This document shows, piece by piece, positions 57,884-64,000 of a DNA stretch of 64,000 bases. The position numbers and the translations under genes are program-made. Location: assembly GCA_046757725.1 (NCBI GenBank), contig JBHHYU010000006.1, positions 13,841 to 77,840 on the forward strand, given 5' to 3'. The notes below the pieces were generated by a model. That model did no database searches, was not told the DNA's origin, and was given only the letters and a program-made list of their open reading frames with translations. The stretch comes from Candidatus Binatia bacterium (GTDB lineage Bacteria > Desulfobacterota > Binatia > UBA9968). Position 1 is the stretch's first letter; every line of letters begins with the position of its first letter.

Positions 57884-59156
57884 CGCCAATACACTATCAC
57901 CTACAAACGAAACCAACGGTCTCCGAACATACAGCGAGACCGTCGCTAAAGGACTATACAACAAATATATTGGTGGTCTGTTTGGAAAACACGACAACGT
58001 ACGGACCTACTGGGAGGACCAGCTAACCCGGCTCGCCCTGCGCCCGTTCGTTAATCGGATTGCCCAAGCCTGCCGCGCCGAAAACCGCGGCGTGCGCATC
58101 TTGGACCTGGGATGCGGTGCGGGGCAGGGATACGAATTGCTGACGCGTATCAACCAGAAAGACCTGAATATGGACACCGATTTGCCCTATGTGCTGCCCC
58201 CAGAAGAGATAGGTCAGTTTCTCGGCGTTGACATAAGCGATGCCATGGTTGAACAGGGCCGGCAGAACTACTCCGGCGTTTCGAACGTCGCCTTCGAGCA
58301 AGCGGATCTGTCCGAGGGACTCGGGATGGTCAAGTCGGAGTCACCCTTCGACATCTACTTCTCGTCGTACGGCGCCTTGTCTCATTTAGAAACCGCCGCC
58401 CTCCGTCAATGCTTGACTGATATCCTCTACCACGCGAGACCGGGAGCACTGGTGGTATTAGATATGGTTGGACGCTACTCGCCGGAGTGGCCGCTCTATT
58501 GGAGCACGGATAATGAAGTCGAGGACATGCACCCATACTCGATGAGTTACATGTACGACGAACAGGAGCGGCGGAAAGGCGAGATAGAGCAATTTCCCCT
58601 CCGCTTCTGGAGTAGTGTTGACGTACGTCGTATGTGCGACGAACTGGGTCAGCATCAAGGTGTCTCCTTGAAGCCGATCGAGTTCTTAGATCGCTCGATA
58701 TTCGTAGGGCGCCACACCGACACACGGGAATACCAGTGTAGCCTCCCGCGCCTCCGCAGGGTCGTAAACAAGCTGTACGAACTAAACGTCCGAACGCATA
58801 TCGAACAGCTCCGATTGGACTATCGGCCCTCGGATGGTCCCGAGGAACTCAACCGTTTCTTTAGTGAATTGGCCATGAGCTGGACGAAGGTCGTTGACTT
58901 TACGCTGAACCGGATTCAGGGCGACCGCATGGACCTCGTAGCCCTCGATGGCTGGCGCACGTTCGCTCCCGCTTTGCAGACGGCCCTGATGACAATGGAC
59001 CGAGTGATCGACAGCGTGTCCTGGATCAGTCTTGGCGATGTCCGCGCCAACATCCTGGAACCGCAGCTGGCCTACGTGCTGCAACGTCTCGAGTATACCA
59101 TGCAGCACGGATGGGGCTGTGGGCACGGTCTGGTCGTTGTGTTACAAGTGGAATAG
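57876..59156 (+). CDS. SAM-dependent methyltransferase with a ~250-aa C-terminal extension
   Basis: Motif I VRILDLGCGAGQG. The ATG at 57876 overlaps the asnB-like stop by 8 nt and has AGGAGG upstream. Confidence 0.7.
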   Translation: MPNANTLSPTNETNGLRTYSETVAKGLYNKYIGGLFGKHDNVRTYWEDQLTRLALRPFVNRIAQACRAENRGVRILDLGCGAGQGYELLTRINQKDLNMDTDLPYVLPPEEIGQFLGVDISDAMVEQGRQNYSGVSNVAFEQADLSEGLGMVKSESPFDIYFSSYGALSHLETAALRQCLTDILYHARPGALVVLDMVGRYSPEWPLYWSTDNEVEDMHPYSMSYMYDEQERRKGEIEQFPLRFWSSVDVRRMCDELGQHQGVSLKPIEFLDRSIFVGRHTDTREYQCSLPRLRRVVNKLYELNVRTHIEQLRLDYRPSDGPEELNRFFSELAMSWTKVVDFTLNRIQGDRMDLVALDGWRTFAPALQTALMTMDRVIDSVSWISLGDVRANILEPQLAYVLQRLEYTMQHGWGCGHGLVVVLQVE

Positions 59157-59253
59157 ATTCCGGGAAGCGTATTTATTGAAGCGTGAACCATATAAGGAGG
59201 TACCGAGGTGGCTAAGCTGTACTTTCATTCAATCGCTACGGGTTAATTCCCCG

Positions 59254-59485
59254 CAGCTATCGGTTAAGATGTGGCTTACGGAAACGGCAAAATGATGACT
59301 TGCGCAAAGGCGCAAAGCACGCCAAGTTCGGAGAAATAGGGGTCATGTTTTTCTTTGCGCCCTTGGCGCCCGGCCTTCGCAGCGGAAGCGCCTGCTTCGG
59401 CGGAGTAGGCTCTTGGCGCGATAGCAATGTGTTGACATGAGTCCGTTCCTTTTGATACCCCGCAGCTTGCTGCGGGGTAGTTCAT
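59254..59485. repeat. 232-bp element, inverted copy 2
   Basis: See copy 1. Contains a perfect hairpin CCCCGCAGC-ttg-GCTGCGGGG. Confidence 0.85.
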
Positions 59486-59562
59486 TTCGATTCGAATCTA
59501 CGGCGATGGGTTCCCTTACGAGCAAATATGTGTTATCCAGAAGCGTAAAAGGGAATCCTGTG

Positions 59563-60075
59563 ATGGGCAAACCGAGTTCAGATAGAATACTACCCAATGG
59601 GCTGGTTTTGTTCGTGGTTTTATTGTCATGGATATCATACGGCTATGCAGAGGCACCCGCTACTAAGGAAACCGCGGAACAATGGGAGGAGATAGCCTCT
59701 TTAAGGTATGAGGCTGCCATAGGCCACGAGTCACGGGCCGAACAGAAGGAAGCGCTTGGGAGTGAAACCCCTGGTGTGGCTCTTAGCGCTGCCGGTGATG
59801 AGAAGGTATCCGCTTCAGGCGGTTACAAAACCGCAAGCGAGCATTGGAAAAAAGCAGCTGAGGCGTACAAGGCGACGGGTGATTTAGATAATGCAAAAAA
59901 AGCCCGATACAACTCCGATCTGGCTTGGGAGTCGGCTAAACGTACGCTTCGCGAGGCAGCGGAATTGCATAAGAGGGCCGCAAAGGTGTTCGAAGACGCG
60001 AACAAACTGGGCGAGAAAATAGACGCGCTCAAAAAGGTGGCTAGTGATCTCGAAGCCTTACTGAACATGAAATAA
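59563..60075 (+). CDS. hypothetical secreted or membrane-anchored helical protein
   Basis: Signal-like MGKPSSDRILPNGLVLFVVLLSWISYGYAEAP followed by an Ala/Lys/Glu-rich helical region. Start chosen downstream of the repeat. Confidence 0.5.
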   Translation: MGKPSSDRILPNGLVLFVVLLSWISYGYAEAPATKETAEQWEEIASLRYEAAIGHESRAEQKEALGSETPGVALSAAGDEKVSASGGYKTASEHWKKAAEAYKATGDLDNAKKARYNSDLAWESAKRTLREAAELHKRAAKVFEDANKLGEKIDALKKVASDLEALLNMK

Positions 60076-60189
60076 TTGGAGTTAATTAGCAGTTCAAAGG
60101 TTTTAAAAGCGGCGGTCATTGGTGACAAGTCAATACCAACCGCCAGACAGCTTGACAAATCGTGCCCTTAAGATCTAATAGGGGCCAGT

Positions 60190-62151
60190 ATGGCAGCCAA
60201 ATGGGGGCTTTTCCTCTGTAATTGTCACCGCACACTTTCCCTCGATCCTGAGCGGCTTGTCCTTCCTACCGTCCCCAGCGTTCTCTCATTCGCAAGGGAT
60301 CCAGAGACTGAGGCTCCTAAATTTGCCTCAAGTGTCCAGAGTGAGGGACCCGATCAGGTACTGATCAGTTGCTGTGCCGGTCCCGGTCTGTTTAATCAGG
60401 CGATCAATAATGGCACGGCACCGTCTACGAAGCTGCGATTTGTTGATCTAAAAGGCCTCTGTTTTCAGGTCCATTCGGATCCCGCAGAGGCCCATGCCAA
60501 AGCAAACCGGTTGTTGTGTGCCGCGATGGAAACCGCCGAAGCGGAGACACAGGTGACCTATAATCCCTTGAATGTCGGGGGTCGTATCGTTATTGCGACC
60601 GATTCGACCCAAGGGATACAGTTCGCAGAAAAACTCCGAGACATCGCCCAGACAAGTTTTATTATCGCCCCGGATGTCCTGCCGGATCTGTCCCCGACGC
60701 TGGAGGTGACCAGGGGTCGGGTTCTGGGTGTCCAGGGCTCCTTGGGCGGCTTTCGGGTGACCGTTGAGACTAATGACGGGCCTAAACGGGGTCATCGGGA
60801 CCTGCAGGCGGATCAATTCGTATCCATATCAGAGAACGACACACCGGGTATTAAACGGCGTACGGGCTGTCATTTGCTTGTCAAGCCGGACAGGGCTGAC
60901 CTCGACGAACTTGCAATGCGCGTCCGTGACCTCATCGGTGACTTTGTCAAGCCGGTTCAGGTGGCATATAACGGCGATATCTGTGCGGGAGGGACGGCAG
61001 ACCAGAAGGGGTGTGGAATCTGCATAACCTCGTGTCCGTACGACGCCATCAGCCGCGACCCGCAAAATCATTTTCGGATGCAGGTTGATCACATGGCTTG
61101 CGAGGGGTGCGGCGCCTGTGCCTCGGCTTGTCCCACAAGCTCCCTGCGCTTTACGGAGCCCTCCCCGCATGAGCTCTATACGCGGCTCGCCGCTCTGCTC
61201 GGGCACAGACCAGGGCACAGTAACGGGGAACGTTTGACTGTTCTCTTCCATTGCGGCGAGCAGGGCAGGCGTGTACTCGAAGAGGCAGGCCGGCGGCCAC
61301 TGCCATACCCGGCGAGCGTGTTTCCCGTCGAGGTGCCGTGTCTGCGCTATGTTTCCGAGGCCAACATCCTGGCCGCTTTCCGCTTGGGTGCGGCCGGAGT
61401 CGGTCTCCTGGGCTGCGAGACATGCCAGCACGGGGAGCGGGAATTACTCTATCAGAAAGTTGACTTCTGCCGTCTGACTCTGGATGCCTTTGGCATGGGC
61501 TCTGAACGGTTGCGCCTCATGACTGCAGACCATGGTACGGAGGTGGAAGTCGTCACAGCCCTATCGAGCTTTGCCGAGAAGCTGGATAAGGCGCCTATCC
61601 ACTGGGACGGCAAACGCATCGATTCCTGGGGTAACCGGGAGGTAGTAGCCGACGCGATTCGGACCTTTATCGAACAGACAGGCCGGGAGCCCGGACGCAG
61701 GGCCCTCGATCCCTCGCAGCCCTTTGCTCTTGCGGATGTTGAGAGCTCTGGTTGTACCCTGTGTCGCTCCTGCGTGAATGTTTGTCCGGTACATGCCTTC
61801 AGCATCGAGGAGGGAAAAGGCTCATTGAGGTCTAAGGCCATTGCCTGTGTGGCCTGTGGTCTCTGCGAGAAGGTCTGCCCTGAAAACGTAATCACGCTTC
61901 GGCGGGAAATTTTCTTTGAACGGGACGCCCTCGATTACCAGACAGTAGTAGAAGACCCAATGGTCTCGTGTGGCAAGTGCGGGAAGCCCTATATCAACAA
62001 AAAGGCTCTGGAGACCATTGAGACTCGGCTGTTTTCACTTGAGTCGTTGATGGATACTTTTAGCGGTAATCGGCGAAAACTGCTCAGATTGTGTCCTGAC
62101 TGCCGTGCCGCAGAAGCCATGCTGGAAGTGGAGAAAGGCTGGAAACCGTGA
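60190..62151 (+). CDS. polyferredoxin with an embedded MvhD/FlpD-like domain (two 2x[4Fe-4S] modules plus a C-terminal CxxC...CxxC)
   Basis: Four CxxCxxCxxxCP motifs (CGICITSCP, CEGCGACASACP, CTLCRSCVNVCP, CVACGLCEKVCP). MvhD-like block VLFHCGEQG...VPCLRYVSEANILAAFRLGAAGVGLLGCETCQH. Confidence 0.75.
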   Translation: MAAKWGLFLCNCHRTLSLDPERLVLPTVPSVLSFARDPETEAPKFASSVQSEGPDQVLISCCAGPGLFNQAINNGTAPSTKLRFVDLKGLCFQVHSDPAEAHAKANRLLCAAMETAEAETQVTYNPLNVGGRIVIATDSTQGIQFAEKLRDIAQTSFIIAPDVLPDLSPTLEVTRGRVLGVQGSLGGFRVTVETNDGPKRGHRDLQADQFVSISENDTPGIKRRTGCHLLVKPDRADLDELAMRVRDLIGDFVKPVQVAYNGDICAGGTADQKGCGICITSCPYDAISRDPQNHFRMQVDHMACEGCGACASACPTSSLRFTEPSPHELYTRLAALLGHRPGHSNGERLTVLFHCGEQGRRVLEEAGRRPLPYPASVFPVEVPCLRYVSEANILAAFRLGAAGVGLLGCETCQHGERELLYQKVDFCRLTLDAFGMGSERLRLMTADHGTEVEVVTALSSFAEKLDKAPIHWDGKRIDSWGNREVVADAIRTFIEQTGREPGRRALDPSQPFALADVESSGCTLCRSCVNVCPVHAFSIEEGKGSLRSKAIACVACGLCEKVCPENVITLRREIFFERDALDYQTVVEDPMVSCGKCGKPYINKKALETIETRLFSLESLMDTFSGNRRKLLRLCPDCRAAEAMLEVEKGWKP

Positions 62152-62173
62152 CACAGAAGCTGATAAAGGGAGA

Positions 62174-62245
62174 GTTCAAAACGTTCAACTTGTTCAAGGC
62201 GTTCAAACGATTCAAACCATTTGAACCATATTGAACAATTGGAAC
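62174..62245 (+). repeat. hexamer array: five direct (G/A)TTCAA at exactly 9-bp spacing, then two inverted TTGAAC and a TGGAAC, ending 10 nt before ATG 62256
   Basis: Hexamers at 62174, 62183, 62192, 62201 and 62210. TTGAAC at 62221 and 62231. TGGAAC at 62240. Confidence 0.8.
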
Positions 62246-62255
62246 AAGTGGAAGT

Positions 62256-62699
62256 ATGGAGACGAGAGAGAAGCAGAAACGCAGAAAAGGCAAACGTGGG
62301 AGGCGGAAGAGTAAGGAGTTGATGGATGCGGCCCTTGATGCCTATATCCGCCATCTGGCACTGGAAAAATGGCGTCAGGTGACCGATCTCCAAGAGACTC
62401 TTGGGGTTGATGTGGGGCAGGCGGTCCGTGATGTCGGATGCTTTCCGGAAAGGGGAGCCTATGGAAACATCTGGGAGCGATGGTGGCAGACCCATGTTGT
62501 CGGCATTCATAATGCGGAGACCTCACCGCTAATCGAGCACATTGAGGCGGCGGTTCAGGGTGCGCTCGAAGAGGAGATCGTCACTCGACAGAAGCAAGAA
62601 GATGTAACGGTAGAAGATACCCTGGGCTACAAAGCCTTTCTGGATTCCGCTATGGACCACTTGTTTGAGGAAGAAGAGGGGTCCATCGAGGAGATGTGA
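62256..62699 (+). CDS. hypothetical protein (basic N-terminus, acidic C-terminus)
   Basis: Stop overlaps or abuts the start of the TorD-like gene (TGA-ATG at 62697-62702). Preceded by the GTTCAA array. Confidence 0.55.
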   Translation: METREKQKRRKGKRGRRKSKELMDAALDAYIRHLALEKWRQVTDLQETLGVDVGQAVRDVGCFPERGAYGNIWERWWQTHVVGIHNAETSPLIEHIEAAVQGALEEEIVTRQKQEDVTVEDTLGYKAFLDSAMDHLFEEEEGSIEEM

Positions 62700-63434
62700 A
62701 TGGATCAGGTAACGGTCAGAGACAAAGCGCTGGTACAGTTCCGCTACAACTATTACGGCTTGTTCGTTCGGTTCTGGTCGAGGGAACCGGCAGCGGAATT
62801 CATTGCGTCTCTAGAAGAGGGTATTCAAGATCGAATGGAGGCTGCTGCTACGCTTCACCCGCGCATGGGGGAAGGGTGGCGGCACATTCGGCAGTTTCTA
62901 GCCCAAGGCAAACCCGAGGAGGCAGCCGAAGAGTTTACCGAGCTTTTTCTCAGTCCCTTTGGTTCTCAAGTCAACCCCTATGAGTCCTATTATCTCACGG
63001 GCCACCTGTTCAGGGCTCCCCTTGTGGTCCTTCGTGGCTTCCTTGAACGTCTCGGTTTGGAGAGAGAACAGCAAGAATTTTCTGAGCCTGAAGATGTGCT
63101 GGCGTTCGAACTGGAAGTCATGCGCTGGCTGATTGGCAAGCAGATGGCGACAGAAAATGAAGGGGAAGAAACGAGTTGGTTGCAACTTCAGGCTGATTTT
63201 CTCAGAGAGCATTTGCTCGTCTGGGTTCCCACCTGTACGGAGGATATAGAGAGGGCTCAACAGGCGCACTTCTATCGTGGCGCTGCCATAATGCTCCGTG
63301 CCTTTCTTGAGTTGGAGCACACTCTCTTCCGCGACTGGGGACTGGATCAGATAGTGTCCCTTGCGGAGGCTAGAAAACGTTACGGGGTGAAACCAATCTG
63401 GAAAGGTCCAACCTTTGATGTATCCGGCGATTAG
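62700..63434 (+). CDS. TorD/DmsD/NarJ-family redox-enzyme maturation chaperone
   Basis: ELFLSPFGSQVNPYESYYLTGHLF region typical of the TorD family. Confidence 0.7.
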   Translation: MDQVTVRDKALVQFRYNYYGLFVRFWSREPAAEFIASLEEGIQDRMEAAATLHPRMGEGWRHIRQFLAQGKPEEAAEEFTELFLSPFGSQVNPYESYYLTGHLFRAPLVVLRGFLERLGLEREQQEFSEPEDVLAFELEVMRWLIGKQMATENEGEETSWLQLQADFLREHLLVWVPTCTEDIERAQQAHFYRGAAIMLRAFLELEHTLFRDWGLDQIVSLAEARKRYGVKPIWKGPTFDVSGD

Positions 63435-63582
63435 CCTGAAAATTCCTTGCCTTCCGGCGAACAGCACCTTGAACGATTTCTTTTGTCGCGCAGTTTTTTT
63501 TCCTTGACAGGTATTTGACTAAGTGATACCGGAGACAGTACATAGACGTAAGTTTCTCACTTAGGAGAGGAGGTCACCGACC

Positions 63583-63831
63583 ATGATCGAAGGCTACATA
63601 AAGAAAATGGACCTGGTGCAACGAACTGCGGTTATTACTACTGAGGACGATCAGGATATAACAATCACTTTCCCTGAGGAAGCTAACATTGAAGTCGCTG
63701 AAGAAGAAACCATGGGAACTGTTGGGGGGGAACTGGCAGACCTCCAGGAAGGATTTTACGTAGAGGTAGAGGTGGGGAGGCAGGATACTGAAGGCAAGTG
63801 GAGCTGCGGTTCCTTGGTCTGTGTGAGCTAG
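63583..63831 (+). CDS. small acidic hypothetical protein
   Basis: GGAGAGGAGG RBS immediately upstream. 82 aa. Confidence 0.5.
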   Translation: MIEGYIKKMDLVQRTAVITTEDDQDITITFPEEANIEVAEEETMGTVGGELADLQEGFYVEVEVGRQDTEGKWSCGSLVCVS

Positions 63832-63874
63832 GGGCTGTTTGACATGGCTCTTTCATGCATGGGGGGGCATACAT

Positions 63875-64000
63875 ATGAAACGAAACGTGAAGCCTAAAAA
63901 TATTCATCCGCGACGGCAATTTCTTGCCGGTGTCCTGGCAGGTGTTGGTGGCGTCGTGGCTTGGTTGTGGACCCGAAAAGCGGTGCGCGCGGCACCAAAT
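63875..64000 (+). CDS. N-terminal fragment of a Tat-exported protein (runs off the window)
   Basis: MKRNVKPKNIHPRRQFLAGVLAGVGGVVAWLW contains a twin-arginine RRxFL motif plus a hydrophobic core. Confidence 0.55.
   Translation, partial: MKRNVKPKNIHPRRQFLAGVLAGVGGVVAWLWTRKAVRAAPN

Noticed and set aside
54654-59485. Insertion sequence or composite transposon
   Set aside because: No transposase or integrase ORF is within or adjacent to the repeats, and no target-site duplication could be recognised. It is kept as a finding, but not called a mobile element.
62174-62245. Possible CRISPR array (regularly spaced repeats)
   Set aside because: The unit is 6 bp with a 3-bp 'spacer' and there are no cas genes. 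It is a regulatory-type hexamer array, not CRISPR.

Overview
This 64-kb window comes from a diderm (Gram-negative-type) bacterium with roughly 55-57% GC. Almost all of it is protein-coding on the + strand. No rRNA, tRNA, CRISPR array, transposase or integrase was recognised.

Gene content from left to right:
- 1-3.2 kb: two overlapping hypothetical ORFs, a radical-SAM CofH/MqnC/MqnE-family gene, and peptide deformylase.
- 3.2-10.2 kb: an Rrf2-regulated SUF Fe-S assembly operon (sufC, sufD, sufS, sufU, sufT, an extra DUF59 gene), ending in a standalone 524-aa SagB-type double nitroreductase-fold dehydrogenase. No sufB is present.
- 10.3-11.7 kb: a truncated haemoglobin and metF.
- 11.8-26.7 kb: an outer-membrane and lipid A block. 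It contains lolCE-lolD, bamA, skp, lpxD, fabZ, lpxA, lpxI, a Gfo/Idh/MocA oxidoreductase (GnnA-like), lpxB, msbA, waaA and lpxK.
- 26.7-43 kb: an LPS core cluster. It contains a GmhB-MsrA fusion ORF, a Trm112-like gene, two GT9 heptosyltransferases and three Kdo/WaaP-family LPS kinase paralogs. It also contains an ArnT-like GT83, a SAM methyltransferase, three GT4s, one active and one degenerate GT2, and a split heptose kinase (hldA-like). An HPr-kinase-like P-loop protein sits on the opposite strand inside this cluster.
- 44-48.4 kb: yicC, gmk, relA/spoT, rpmB, and the separated heptose adenylyltransferase (hldC-like).
- 48.6-53.6 kb: a MobA-MoaD-like fusion ORF directly upstream of a tungsten-type aldehyde:ferredoxin oxidoreductase, a coupled 59-aa ORF, a TPR protein and an OCD/mu-crystallin-family gene.

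The most unusual structure is a pair of about 95% identical 232-bp inverted repeats at 54654-54885 and 59254-59485. They bracket a 4.4-kb cassette of three genes: a QueG/RdhA-like 2x[4Fe-4S] protein, an AsnB-type amidotransferase, and a translationally coupled SAM methyltransferase. In each case the repeat lies just 3' of the cassette's diverging transcription units.

The 3' end of the window carries a polyferredoxin with an embedded MvhD domain, a perfectly 9-bp-periodic GTTCAA hexamer array, a TorD-like maturation chaperone and the start of a twin-arginine (Tat) signal protein. Together these suggest an uncharacterised periplasmic redox module.
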